Both the position numbers and the translations under genes were made by a program. The notes under the pieces were generated by a model. It made no database searches. It saw only the letters and a program-made list of their open reading frames with translations, and was not told where the DNA came from. A DNA stretch of 63,428 bases, counting the filler, from Collodictyon triciliatum (taxonomy: Eukaryota), in NCBI GenBank assembly GCA_043381765.1. It is 3 parts of 3 records of this genome, joined end to end, with 100 filler letters (N's around TTAATTAATTAA, not from the genome) between each part and the next. Parts side by side here need not be neighbours in the genome. Positions count along the whole stretch, not along the records: positions 1 to 19,038 come from JBHJMP010000265.1; positions 19,139 to 49,558 come from JBHJMP010000266.1; 1 more part is not named here. One strand, 5' to 3'. Positions 13,308 to 26,974 of this stretch are shown piece after piece; positions within the stretch are counted from its first letter, which is position 1; the number at the start of each line of letters is the position of its first letter.

Positions 13308-13541
13308 AACATGCGCTCGTCTATGGTCAGAAAGAGATATGAAAGTAGGCAAACGTGTTGCAGAAGTGGGCTTTGCTGTTTGCACAGAAAATGTAGCAGG
13401 TTTCTTGTCGGCGGCTGAGTCAGCCTGAACAGCACTCGCTGGTGGAGGCAAGTCAGACAGCAGCGAGAACCCGAGCGGATTCGGCCCTGTGGCAGTGTTA
13501 GACTTTTTCGGAGGCGGCAGATCGTCGTAGAGGCCCGGCAT
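10654..13541 (-). CDS. RBM17: Splicing factor 45 (G-patch + UHM); last exon probably lies in the 10253-10595 gap
   Basis: MPGLYDDLPPP; YDPARPNDYDEY; SGDEAFRRRA; G-patch IAQKMMMKMGWKEGQG-LGKQEQGI; UHM NMVGPGEVDSELQAETEEECTKYG...EAVRIF. Confidence 0.9.
11744..11803 (-). mobile_element. Family B micro-insert with 18-bp TSD (RBM17 intron)
   Basis: AGCAACAACAATGGTATT (11744-11761), then T6-CCTTTATTCGATTCAAAG, then AGCAACAACAATGGTATT (11786-11803). Confidence 0.9.
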
Positions 13542-13619
13542 GATAATCACCTTCTTGCAGACGGAGTTAGTCGCATTGGCCAGGAAACAAGAGACAAGAG
13601 CGCAGATAAGACACTTGCG

Positions 13620-13770
13620 AAAGTAAAAAGTAAAAAGTAAAAAGTAAAAAGTAAAAAGTAAAAAGTAAAAAGTAAAAAGTAAAAAGTAAAAAGTAAAAAG
13701 TAAAAAGTAAAAAGTAAAAAGTAAAAAGTAAAAAGTAAAAAGTAAAAAGTAAAAAGTAAAAAGTAAAAAG
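13620..13770. repeat. (AAAAGTA)n microsatellite
   Basis: Directly visible. Confidence 0.95.
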
Positions 13771-14308
13771 AAAAAAAAAAGTAAAAAGAAAAAAGAAAAA
13801 AGTAAAATGAAAAAAGAAGAAAAGAAAAAAAAGAAAAAAAAGAGAAAAAAGAGAAATGTACAAAACGTCTGTGCAGCCAACAGTTTAACCTTTCCCCAAA
13901 AACAAGCAGCTGAAATAAATTAAAAAAAAAAAAAGACTGATTAAGCCCAAAAAAAGCGAGAAAAACAGACAGAGTTGCGGCCTTTCGGTTTGTGGGGGTC
14001 AATACCACGAGCAGGTGATGGATTGCGCTCCACAGCGTGTTTATACGGCAACGAAGACAGACACGCGAACTGGTCGCCCTGCACCAGTCACCTGCCCTTG
14101 GCCCCGACGCCGAGACGAGCACAGTACTTGCCTGCGGGATGCTGCGAGGAGAAGGGATGTGGAAGGGAAAGAAGATGACGGACGAAGGCAAAAGAAAAGG
14201 AAGGGGAGGCATGACAAAGAAAAGGCTTTGGGTTGAGGGCGCGGGCACGACAGGCTTCCCAAAGCACGCCCAGGCGTTCAGGTCTATGCGATTGGCAAGG
14301 GCAGGCGT

Positions 14309-17300
14309 CTAGACCGCAAGCTCCGGAATGTTCTTGTAGAACTCGAGACACCTTTGGGAGTGCAAATTGGCCGCGTCAGCGCCTTGGGCTTTCATGCAAA
14401 ACACATAGAGTTGGGCAGGGACTTTCAAGGCGGGATGTCTTACTCTGGGTTGTTGAGAGCCTCGATGTTGTCGACTTCTTGCCCGTGGATAATGCGCTTA
14501 ATGGCGATTTCGACTTTCTTAAAGTTCACGGTGTACTGCGGATTGATATTAACGGTTCGGTTGTGAATGACAGGGTGATGCTCCGTAAAAGAGGCGCATG
14601 GGTGAGAGGCTGCTTTGGTCGTTGATATTATGATGGCTTGAATCAAGTTGATAACCCTGAAAGACTATTTACATACCGGGATGTCGGCCACGGGCAGGAT
14701 GATTGCTGCGAGATTAGGAATTTAGGTTGCTGCGAGGACAGGTGAATGGGATAGATAGTGCACGGACAGTATGGAGAATGTGAGGTTACATGGGACGTGT
14801 CTCGCCGAAAGGTGTTCCCGAATAGAAACGCGCAACTTCGAGACAAGTTCTTGGGTGAAGGGATGCTCCTGGTTGCGTGCAAGAAGAATGTTAGCGGGAT
14901 TGTATATATTTACATAATTGCGAAAGATTGACATGAGAAAGTGACATCGAATAAAGGGGAATAAACATGAAGGAGTGTCACGTGTATGACTGCCTGACTC
15001 ACTGGTTTCATTTTCAAGAACAGGATGACTCTTTCGTCGCTGCCTACTTGCTGACCAACAGCCACACTGTCGAGTATCTCGTGGAAATTGGCAACTAATT
15101 CAAAGTGTATAAAGTATGATTGGCTTGTTGGGAGCACATAAAAAAAAAAAAAAGACAGAGACAGAGGATGAAAAATTATCCCAAATAGCATCTATCAGCA
15201 TCATACCGACATCGTACAACTCGGAGCTTCCAAACCGAATGCCAGCGGGATTCAGAGTAGCATCGCTATATTAGCGCCAGATGATTTGTTGGCACAGTAA
15301 AGACAAGAAAAAAATTAAAAAAAAAATAACAGTGATAAGAGAAACCGAGTCGTAAGAGCATATTGCCAAATCGAAGAAAGGAACACGTTTTAAGCCTCCA
15401 ATTAACCTGCGGCCAAGCATCACAACACCCAAAGTGGCAGTGTTTATCAGAACGAAATCGCCATGGACCCAGATTCCTGCATAAGAATAGGAAAATATGT
15501 AGAATGAGGATATATACACAAAGAAATGATAGCTATAGCTCATAAAACAAAAGAAAACAAAGAGAGACAAGGATGATGCGACATTTTATTTCTCGACGGT
15601 ACCTTTGGGGTTATTGAAGTAGGCTTTGTGATATTTGACACCATCCTCATCTTTCCAGAAGAATACAGGCTGCGAAGGGAAGGGCTTGGTGCAGACCAAA
15701 TCACCGCGTTCGCCAGTGATAGGGTTACCTGTAATACTCATCACAGTAAGTCAGAGAGAGAGAAAAATGGGATAGAGACGAAGAATGAAAAAAAAAAACA
15801 ACTTATATAGCTAATAACAAATAAAAAAAAAAAACACCCTTTCCGTCGAAAGCGTATATGGCCATCCCAAGATTCGGTGATTGGATCTCCCCTCTGTACA
15901 CAGGGAGCATGGGATTGGAGCCAGCGAAGCATGAAATTAAATCAGTGCCGCCACTGATGGAGCCAAGAAGAACGTCTTTCTTGACAAAGTTGTAAATAAA
16001 GTCGAATCCCTCGTTCGCAAGGGGAGACCCAGTAGAAAGAACCGCCCGCAAGCTTGTGAATTGATGGCTTTCAACTAGTTTGTCAAGGACACATGAGGAA
16101 TGCTCCAATCTTATTCTCTGTGGAAAGTACTTCGGCACGCAGTAATGATAAATAGAGGGAGAGAGAACATATTGGACTAACAAATAAAAATAAAAATAAA
16201 AAAAAAAGGCTACTAGGCTTCACGTCAGCAGCCTCCACTGAGGCGATAAACTTTGCACTGGTGCCAAAGATCGTCAGGTCCAGTTCGTCAATTAGATCGA
16301 ACATAGCTTTTTTTTTTCAAAAAAAAATGTGAATGTTTATCTCTAAAGAGCTATTCAGAGAAAGGATAAGGGACTATTTTAACCATTGAAACGATCAGAA
16401 TCAAATTAAAGTACATTACTAACCTTGAGGCGAGGGATAAAATGGAGAACCATCATACAAAACAATGGTGCTTCCAATTGCTAGGCCTGACACAAGCCAG
16501 TTCCACATCATCCAGCCAGTTGTCTGGTATGTTTTCATTTTAGTTGGAATACAATTTCTTCATTCTGATTAGGAATCTTAACAGGTAACCAATCGGTAAT
16601 AAGGACGAATATGCTTGCGGAAGGTGGATGGCCAGAGCACAAGAGAATTAAATAAATGAGAGGTAAACCAAGAATAATAATAAAAATTTTTTTAGAAAGA
16701 TACCGTATAAAAGAAAAGTCTGTCGCTTCTGCGAAGATCAGAGTGAAAAATGTGCTCCTTGATATGTTGGATAAGGGTACCCTAATAGATAAGCAGAAGA
16801 GGATATCGATGGTATGTTGGCATGAAACAATATGAGTTGCGATAATACTAAATAAAATATGGAGAAATCGTACTCCAGCAGAGTGAACGATGCATTTAGG
16901 CAGCCCAGTGGTTCCCGATGAGTACAAAATATAAACGGGGTGATTAAAAGGAAGCTGCTCAAAAATCAAAGGAGGGATTGCATCTGCAGGACAGTATTTA
17001 TCCAGAAATTGTTCGTAGGATATCCTTAAATTATGATTAATTATGTAATCAAGTCTTGCATGTCATACTTTGATACTTGAGTAAATATGTCACAAAACGT
17101 GACGTTTTTTTTAACCGAATGAGGCACACGTGTATGGGTTTGTTTTTTTTTTTTTTCATTTTTTTTCAAAGCACATATCACAAGTAAATAATTGACAATA
17201 ATCTTCTTACGATTTGTTGATGCACGAGAAGTCAACAACGGTATCGGCAAAGGGAACCATCACAACATGATCTAAGTTTGTCAACCCTATAGATAATTCA

Positions 17301-18846
17301 AATATGAGAATAAATATTTTGAAGCACAATTGGTAAAAAAAAAAAAAAAAACGACAAAAAGAAATGCATGGGTGAATGAACGTAATTAAATAGAGTAACT
17401 TCAGGTGTCTTGGTGTTATAGGCAACAGACCGTCAACAACTTCCTTGAGTTTTGCTAAATGGTCGTGTACTTTTCCATTGTAGCGCACTGCACTTACCGA
17501 GAGAAGAATTTTAGGTTCAACCTGGCCGAAGCGTTGGAGTACGCCCTGTTTTAAGAATAAAGTATAGTTATAAATATACATGTTTAGCATATAGGGGCAA
17601 GTAAACCACTAACTGATATGCATTATCGAATGCATAAAAAAAAAACGTATGTAGCTTATGTTTATTCTTTTCATTCCGAAAACAAAGAGAATATGTAATG
17701 TACACACGAATGGCCCTCACCTTAACACCAAAATCAGGTGATGTGGAGGTCCACAGGGCACCAATACTTGTGGTGGCCAGCATTCCAACGATGGCATCAA
17801 TGCAATTGGGCAAGTAACCTATTGAATGTATGTACCACCTTCATGAGTAAAATCAACGGGAAAGGGGGCTGCCTTTTTTCTTTTTTGGATCATAGTCAAG
17901 TCATAAGCATGGCCGTCGCCACGCAATTCAGTTGAATAGACACAAACCAGCGACGCGGTCGCCCACTTTGACACCCAAAGCACGGAATGCCCCGGCAAGA
18001 CGAGCCACTCGAGAGCGCAATTCGCGGTATGTCACAAAGACAGGAGCTGCGCTTTCGCCTAAAGAAAATAAATCATTCATTAAAAGAAAAAAAAAGAGCA
18101 TACGGTAGAGTTTTTTAACCGATTGTAGTCCAAGATGAGTTTAACAAGAATGAAAATCAAGAAAGAATAGCGTTTGGATGCAGCGAATAAAAGCTGTAAA
18201 AAGAAAATAAAAGCGGATACAGCTGCAATAAATCAGCTGAGTAGCATGCGCCAACTTGTTTCTCTGACACCAGTGCGATGAGTGGAGTACCTTTGAATAT
18301 AACCGCGGTTTGGTCGTCATTGAAGCGCAGAAGGTTTTCCGCAAAGTTAAGTCGAGCGCCAGTAAACCATGCTGGGACAGGATACATTCGATTCTCGTCC
18401 TCCACAACTTTATCATACGGAACACTATGAATGACCCCTCCTATTTCCCAGACTGTAGCCCAGAACAAAGACACATTCTCCACAGACCATTTCCATAAAT
18501 CGTGGTATGTATCTACGAGAGGTAGCAGTATTTTATTGTTTGTTTGTTTGTTTGTTTGTTTGTTTGTTTGTTTGTTTGTTTGTTTTAAGAAAGAAGTAAA
18601 TGATGGAACCTTTATACACAAACATACATAGGCAACGACACAGCATATAGTCATTTTCGTCTTTGAGAGAAAGCAAACAGTATGCCGGAGTCACGCAAAA
18701 GTATGAAGGGGCAAACCCAGCTGGACATTGTGTCTTGTCTGGATTGTCAGGCGGAGTTGGTTTATCTGCGAGCTTTCCTTCGCTTCAGGTGTCGGGCTCC
18801 ACAAGCGTGCGTGTTCCATCAACAGATGATCCTCGTTCGGATCCAT
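14309..18846 (-). CDS. AACS: Acetoacetyl-CoA synthetase (multi-exon)
   Basis: [31 protein letters not shown]-binding [68 protein letters not shown]; ends [11 protein letters not shown]. Confidence 0.95.
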
Positions 18847-18938
18847 TTCACTGGCCTTGCGCTTTGGTTGGCTAATTTTCAAAAGGGACCTGGGAGGAGT
18901 GGCTGGCTGTGAGGCAAAGAAAAAGACAGAAAAAAGAG

Positions 18939-19037
<99 letters not shown>

Positions 19038-19038
19038 A

Positions 19039-19138
19039 NNNNNNNNNNNNNNNNNNNNNNNNNNNNNNNNNNNNNNNNNNNNTTAATTAATTAANNNNNN
19101 NNNNNNNNNNNNNNNNNNNNNNNNNNNNNNNNNNNNNN
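19039..19138. other. Artificial contig-joining spacer (N44 + TTAATTAATTAA + N44)
   Basis: Exactly 100 nt with a six-frame-stop palindrome at 19083-19094; the same structure occurs at 49559-49658. Confidence 0.95.
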
Positions 19139-19192
19139 TTTGTTTTGTTTTGTTTTGTTTTGTTTTGTTTTGTTTTGTTTTGTTTTGTTTTG

Positions 19193-19223
<31 letters not shown>

Positions 19224-20180
19224 GAGTCCGTGCACTCTAGGTTAGCGAGCCATAGGCGAAGAATAAATTTTATTATTATTATTATCATTACTGTCTTTTG
19301 TGCGCAGTTAATTGTGTCTTCATTTTGTTATTATTGCGCATGGAAAGGTTTTTTGGTCGAAGTAGGGAGAGGTGCCTGTGGTTTGCTTGATGGCTGTGGG
19401 GCAGGCTCACCATAATGGCCGCAAGCAGAAACCCAGCGATCTGGACTCTTCTACCCACGCACCATTTTTGGCAGCATGGTGTTAGTTTAATCATTTGAAA
19501 ATTTGTCACACGGTCGCAGGTATGACCAAGGATGACGTGGCAGCAGGACAGAATAAGTAAATATATATCTATATTTAATATCATTATAATATTATACTAG
19601 ACACTAAGATAAAATCCATAGATCCAATAAATATGTATTATTATAAATTCCATACTTAAAAATTATTTGTGGATATGATAATATTACATTGTGCAAAACA
19701 ACTATTATTTCTTATAGTGGATTTGTAAAACTTATATTCACGTGGAAATAATATAATATCAATACAGTACAAATTTATTGCACAAAAGGATAACACTAGT
19801 TGGTTACACTATGATGCTGCAGTTACACACACTTCCTTTCTAGCAACGGCGATGTTAATCAAAAATCGATTCTAGTCTTCTCCATCCTCCCCCTCACCCC
19901 ACAACCAAGGCGTTGCAAAAAAAAAAACCCCCCCTTCTGTCCCACCCGCCGAGTTCCACATTCCCACCCAAGAGAAGCCCACTCGAAGAACCCTCGGAAA
20001 GAGTTGTGAAGCGAACTTGCTGCTGCGGACAAACCTTCAAAGTCAGGCCAGACGACCCCAGTCTTATTTGCCGAGAAAACCAAGAGCCCTAAACTTTCCG
20101 AACGAAAGAGCCGCAGCTTAAAAAAAAAAAAAAACAGTAGAGAAGATTGTTTGTTACGACAAATATTGGGATACTTTAGC

Positions 20181-20410
20181 ATGTCCGACTTTGTAATCAA
20201 GCCGAGGCACGTGCCTGATCAAGGTTTGTTAGCACTTTGTTGATATTCTTGAATGCGTTTTCTTTTCTCTTATTTATATATGTGCCATACCTCCCTTATC
20301 AAGGGAACCTATCACTCAGACGTGTATAGTAGTAAAACATGGCGAAGACCTTGATTTCTTGGTTTCTTTAAATTTTATTTTCATATTTACCTCTTTCTCT
20401 TTCATTCTAT

Positions 20411-20505
<95 letters not shown>

Positions 20506-23102
20506 CTAGTTACTCCAATTTTTATAGCAATTTGGTCATTCTCCTGTTTGACTTTCTTTATCACTCGATTATCCTAATAGAGACAGCAGAGCAAACCGCT
20601 CAAGACTCAACCTCTTTGTTAAAATCGGCTATCGTTCGCATCGGAGATCAAAATGAGGTTTCCTTGGAAGACAGTGTCGAGCAACTTGTCGGTCTTGTTT
20701 TTGAGGAGGCACCAGAAAAACACCTCATTATTATCGATTGCATTCTAGATTCGTTAGTCTTACTTATTATTGTTATTTCTAATGCCATTATCATCATTGT
20801 TAATATTATTATTAAATCCTCCAATACACAATACCGTATATTTCTCGTTTATTTTTTAATTTTTATTCTAAACCATACACCCATGAAAGCGTTGAAATGC
20901 TACCACTGAAAACCCACATTTATGGAACCGTCGTTGGACTTCTGAATGTCAAGAGCTTTGAGCTTACTGGTCTTGTCTTGAAAAGTTTTTATGACAGGCT
21001 CCAATCTGCTTTAGAGGGGAGAGATACTGTTCGTTCCAAATTATTGGTATTTTTTTATTATTACATTATCAATACCTTCGTGGGGATAGTCTTTTTCTTG
21101 AATAATGAAAATATGACGAAGGGCTTAAAATGAAATGCAACTCGACATAAGACTATTCTTTTGCAATTTAACTGAAAACTCTTCTTTTTTTCTTTTGCCT
21201 ACAACGACCAAACATTAATTACAACACTCCCAGATCCGTTTTATTTCCGAACTTGTCAACAACTTTGTCGTACTCCCGAAAACGTTCTTTGATTTTTTAT
21301 CCCAATTCGTAAACGCGGCATTGGGGGGAGTTGACGAGAGCCTACTCTCTCCAGATCTTGTCACGAAGAAAGATGCTTATGCTCGTGCGGACTTTTTGAT
21401 TCACCTCGTCTTATTTGCCCTTCCATATGTAAGACCTGCTCTGTTATAATAACTAACAGCAATTAGTCATATACATTTCCCTCCTCCAGTCACCATTCTA
21501 AACGAGTCAATTATTTATCTGATTCTAGGTTGGATATCAGTTCAGCAGAAGGGACTATCAAAACCTCGATACACTAATGACAATGATAGACTCTTATTTT
21601 TCATCGCGTCCAGCCAGGTTAACAGAGATAATGTCTCCATTCTTCTTATCTGAAGAGGCAAGTTTTATCCTCCGATCAATTTTTAACGATTGTCCCAGTC
21701 GATAGAGGCCGGTTATAGTTGTGTTTTTTTTTTAAAAAAAAAAAGTTCGAAAGATACTGATATATTCCACCCATTACCTTTTAATATGCAGCCGTTGGAT
21801 CGATTATCCCACTTATTTAACTCCGTCAAGAAATGCCAAGAAAACGGTTGGGAGGTCTGTTCGTCAATAGATTTAGTACTTGGACAATTTGTTCCCTACT
21901 TTTCATTGTTGAGTCCATAACGGGCCCTATCAAAAAAAAAATCCCGACGTTGAGATAATCGAAATCTAAAATGCAATAGATTATGTCAGTTTCTCAACTC
22001 TACAAAAGATTTGGTGAAAAACTATCGTCTTCCTTACAGCATGAGTTGCCCTTATTTCGCCTCCCTGGAGAAGTATCTAACTATACATATGAAAAAATGA
22101 AAAGCTAAATTGCTTACAAAATCACATCTTGAATGGTTATCTTAATCTCTCGACCCAAGTTCAAACAACATTTGACGCGAGGGTCTAATTTTGAATATAA
22201 TCAATTGCAACCTATTTAGTCTCCACTTTTTAAGAGTGCCCTGCAAGTGTTCAAAATATTCGATGATGCCAAAGATGCGGTTTGTGCCTGATTTGAAAAA
22301 TGACTGTTGGACACAATCGTATATATCAGAGTGCCCAAACAAATTAAGCCAATTATGAATAGTTCTATTACAGGGGTTATGGCCAATGTCATGGCTCTAG
22401 GTGTCATAACCTTCACCATCTTGCACAAACTGATAGGAAGAATAAAAGAAAATGACATGACATTAGGTATATCACCCTATTGATCGAATTCTTCTTGAGG
22501 ACCAATTATTGGATACTATCTATTTCTTCAATGTATCGCGTAAGGAATGTGTGAAGCAAATCATGTCAATCGAAGTTCCTTATTCTTTCGAAGAAATTTT
22601 AATTGAGGTATATTCCTTTCATATGAATAAAATCTCAAATTTAAGATTAAGCCAACAAACAGCTTCTAATTTCACACTCACACTTTAATCAGACGATTCT
22701 GGGTCAATTGTTATTCCTACCCAACCCGGAATTCAAAATTTTATACTACCACGTTCTCCTCGGCGACTTGTGCCAACAGAATCAGTCACTTTATGGAGTT
22801 GTATCCATTGAAATATATATACTTATTGATACTCATCGATACTCATTTGCAGCCACCAATACATATGTTTATTGTTTGTTTATTCTTTCTTTCAATATAT
22901 ACATATGTTGTTAATTTAAAAGAGGGGGAAATCATGCTGTTATATCTTTCACCTACAAAGATTTACAAAGCTGTGACGACTCTATTCGAAAGACTAGGTC
23001 ATATGGACATTGAATGTATTGACAGGCTGGCTGATTTCTTCGGGTATCATCTATCAAATTCTGGATACAGATGGGATTGGCACCTCTAGTAAGTTCTATT
23101 TC

Positions 23103-23174
<72 letters not shown>

Positions 23175-25556
23175 TCTTCCTTTCAATTTTGTGCAGTAAG
23201 TTCTATTTCGTTATTTTAACTTATAACATAAAATGGGCGCACCCTTTTCTGGGCTTGAAATGGCTATCGATGTTGTGATTAGCAAATTAATGTTATATTT
23301 TTTTCCTTTTTTCGACTCAAAGAAATTAATGTTATATATTATGTTTGTCTCTCCTTAATAAATTATTCCAATTCATAGCACCAACTATGTTACCCAGCCG
23401 AACACCTTCCAGCACTACTTCATTCGGGAAAGCCTTGGTGCTCTACACTATCTACTTATCAGATCTAATTATAAAACTCTTAAATAAAAATGCGTATTCG
23501 CTAACTTTATATTAATACAAGGCGTTTGTGTAAATCTATCCTATCTGGATAGAATAAAACTGGCCATTCCAACAGCTTTTCACCAAGTCATCGAGGCACC
23601 AGCCCCTTTTAATTTCAAATACGAGAGAATTCGTATGCTATTTATCTTTCAAACATTATACCCAATCACCGATAATGTTGAGTTTTCTACTCTTATTATT
23701 TCATTTCCATTAGTTTGCTTTGTATGCCAGTCTAGGCGCATTTAGCATACAATTCCCCTTCCCTTTCGCTTATTTGGGCATACAAAATAATCAAAATCCC
23801 ATAAATACCGAACTGATCAGCATATGTATGATGTTTAGATGATAAGGATTCTAGTCTCTCTCATGAGCTGGTCAACCAAATCATTCACAAGCAAGCTGTT
23901 GATACTGTCGTAACTTGGTACTCAGAAATTTATACATATATAATAAAGGCAATCCATATAACAAATCTACAAAAACAAAACAGTCCGCCCCTTATTGGAT
24001 TTTAACGTAGCCATTTCCTAAACATAATATCTCAAAGTTTTTTTTTTCGCTTTGCTTATGGCTAATTTTCATAGGCTGAGGCGCGAACTAGAGAGTATAG
24101 ATTCTATGCGCCGTGTTGAAATAGTACTGACTGCGTGTTTCTTTTGCGGCAAGAAGAGCTTCAGCCATCTCTCTCATATCCTCGAGAGGTAGGAAGCCCT
24201 ACTATATTGTAACCAAATCGATGACATAACTGCTTCCATTCCACTTATGATTTAATCTGTCTTAATCTTAATTTGAACCAAATAAAGGATTTTTTTTTGT
24301 GTCTTAATCTTACTTTGAATATCACTCATCATTAGATATCAAAACTATTTGTGTGATGTTTCTTCGTCACCAGAGTGCAAGCTTCATGTTCTAAAATGCA
24401 TGCAAGAGTTTTGGGGAGAAGATTGGGTTCACCAGGTACCCACAATACCCGCGCAAAGGGAAACAATTTATAGCTATATTTTTTCCCTTCCTTTTCTTCT
24501 TTCTCTATTTGCCACCATTATATTTATGTAATGTTTGTTTTCGTAGGGTATAGTCATAGACCGACTCATGACATTCAGAATAGTTGACAACATCACTATT
24601 GTTCAGTGGCTATTCTCTGAGGCAAATACAGCGAACTTGGCAAAGTGATATGCTTTTTTTTGTTTTGTTTATGAGTTCATTCAACTTTTATTTTATGGCA
24701 GTCTTTTCGCATAAAGTAACACCTATACATTACCGTCGTCTTGACTAATTTTCTGTCTCCAGATACGAGTTGTGGAAAGCAGTCAACAATATCATCTCGA
24801 AAACACTTGGTCGATTTGACACCGTCTCAAAAGAATACGAGAAAAATTCCAAAATGGGTAAGAAACGGGGTTTATTTGGCCTTCTCTTATTCTTTTTCTT
24901 CTTTTTTTTTTAAGCTTGTGTAGAGGCTTGCGCGACATCCATCAAAATATTATTAACTACTTCGTCTCAATCTTGCAAATCTGAAATAAAAAGTTGAGAG
25001 AGGTGAACGACCACAAAGACTTCCCGAAATAGTCCGTCAAGCTCTCGATATGTCTCGACAAGAATTGAGCGATCTTTTCTCTTGCATCTTTACTGTACGT
25101 AGGAACTCGCCCTTAAACTACCTATACATCTACATGTTTCAACCTGGATCAATTTCACCTGATGTGCTTTTAATAGAATCTCGTTGAGATGCTCCACCGC
25201 ATATCCTCCTGCTTTGGTGAAGGCGAGCCCGAGCCCTTCTATTTCAGTGTTGCATCGAGACACTTCGTCTCCTTGAGTAGAAAGGTAGCACATATCATCC
25301 TGCGGTATCACCACAGAACTCGATGTCAACTACTTCATATTACATATTTATTATACCATCATAAGCTCCTGCCCTTTGATGACCGAGTTGTATGATTGAT
25401 ATACATACCCTAATTGTTCACTCAGAAGACTTTAATCGAAAACAGCACAAGACACCCCTCACCCCAATCCTCCCCGAGATAGAAGCCAAAATTACATCAT
25501 CAGGAACTGTGACCCCACAAGTCTCCGAGCTTCTGAAGAAAATCAAGACTATCTAA
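20181..25556 (+). CDS. NCBP1: Nuclear cap-binding protein subunit 1 (CBP80), many exons
   Basis: LPLKTHIYGTVVGLLN; HPIDRILLEDQ; MDIECIDRLADFFGYHLSNSGYRWDW; NLSYLDRI; GKKSFSHLSHILERY; IDRLMTFRIVD. Confidence 0.93.
23088..23212 (-). mobile_element. Family A micro-insert (LINE 3' tip + about 69-nt A tail) with 18-bp TSD at an NCBP1 splice donor
   Basis: AGTAAGTTCTATTTCGTT at 23088-23105 and 23195-23212. The insert's reverse complement GCACAAAATTGAAAGGAAGAATA(n) equals 3549-3571. Confidence 0.92.
23284..23337 (-). mobile_element. Family B micro-insert with 15-bp TSD (NCBP1 intron)
   Basis: AAATTAATGTTATAT (23284-23298 and 23323-23337) flanks T6-CCTTTTTTCGACTCAAAG, which has 2 mismatches to consensus. 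Confidence 0.85.
24258..24312 (+). mobile_element. Degenerate family B micro-insert with 13-bp TSD (NCBP1 intron)
   Basis: TGTCTTAATCTTA (24258-24270 and 24300-24312) flanks ATTTGAACCAAATAAAGG; the tail is replaced by a T run. Confidence 0.65.
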
Positions 25557-26772
25557 CTTTTTCCGTCGCAACTTTCAAGCACATGCTCTCTGCCGATATG
25601 CGAGCTCACGTCACCTCTCCTCTTATTTCTCTCCACACACAATCTCCCTCTACCTCTCTCTCTGCTACCCAAGCCCCCATAAACCCGAACGCGGGAGGGA
25701 GACCGCCGTCTCTGAAGGCAAGAAAACGCGATTGCAAGCTTGTCCTGCCCGTTGCATGCCTTCTATATCTCGTTTGTTGCTTCTCCTCCTGTTACTATTG
25801 AAGCCACACACGCACCGTATTGTCTCGTTTGTTTCACGGACACTACAGCACCATCTGCCAATCGCCTGCCACACAACTTGGCTGACTCGGCTGCGTGGGA
25901 CTATTGTGCCTATTTGCTGTTATTCGTAGCCGCGTGGGTCTGCCACAGCTGAATAATTCGTGGAAAAAATGCATGTGTGTATGACGTGTGGCGAATAATT
26001 TTCCAGAAATGGATATTCCGATCATCTCTCGCGTTTGGCTTTGTTGTCGGCCATTCCCATCCCCGAAAGTTCTTTTGATTGCCGGCCTCCGTTGGTGGGT
26101 CGTCTAATCGCGGATCAGATCCATCTGCTTAGCGGGCTGTCGCTGGACGTTCAGACCGAGAAGGCATACCGATGCAGCCCAAGCCGTCTGTCAGGCTATG
26201 TTGCGACACAGTGGCGGGTGCCTGTCTTCTTTTCGTCATTCAAGACCCAACCACCCTTTTTACTCTTTTACTTTTTTTTTTTGCTACTTTTTTTTTACCC
26301 TTCTTTTTACCCTTCTTTATGCAACTCTTTTTGACTCTTTTTGACTCTTTTTGACTCTTTTTGACTCTTTTTGACTCTTTTTGACTCTTTTTGACTCTTT
26401 TTGACTCTTTTTTCCCTTGGTAATGATGGGTGCTGTTCGTTTGAAGCATAACATGTTGAACACGAGGAGACACAAAAAGACTATTTTTGCACACTTCTAT
26501 GGAACTTGAGACATATCCTGGTTCAAAAGAAACAAAGTCACGGCCATCCTGCACTTTCTCTTACGCCACGATATTATCTTATAGACCGACGTGCACCTTT
26601 TCAATATTATTTATATCTCTCGTACATTGTCTTCTGAAAACAACACAGGCAGCTACTTGTCATTAAGGCAAATAGCTTGAGGAAGTCGCCTCTGAAAAAG
26701 GGCAAATAGACGAAGCTGTTATAGGAGGAATTTGGGCTTCTCGGGTATTGGATACGTTCGGCTGTCGGTTCG

Positions 26773-26894
26773 ATGTCGAAGGACTTTTGTATGATTACTA
26801 GTTTTCTCCCACGGGGAGTCACTAGTGCCGTGCTATTGAAACCAGAGCAGCCTACTCCGAAGGCCTCTCCTTTTCGCGGGGGTATTTTTTTGAA

Positions 26895-26974
<80 letters not shown>

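Noticed and set aside
17105-17124. TTTTTTTTAACCGAATGAGG resembling the family B copy at 38007
   Set aside because: Too degenerate, with no A-tail or TSD.
19083-19094. TTAATTAATTAA palindrome inside N runs (also 49603-49614)
   Set aside because: Identical 100-nt construct at both places: an assembly linker, not biology.
25560-26770. Short ORFs between NCBP1 and the cyclase gene
   Set aside because: No recognisable protein; probably promoter or 5' UTR, or unresolved upstream exons of the cyclase.
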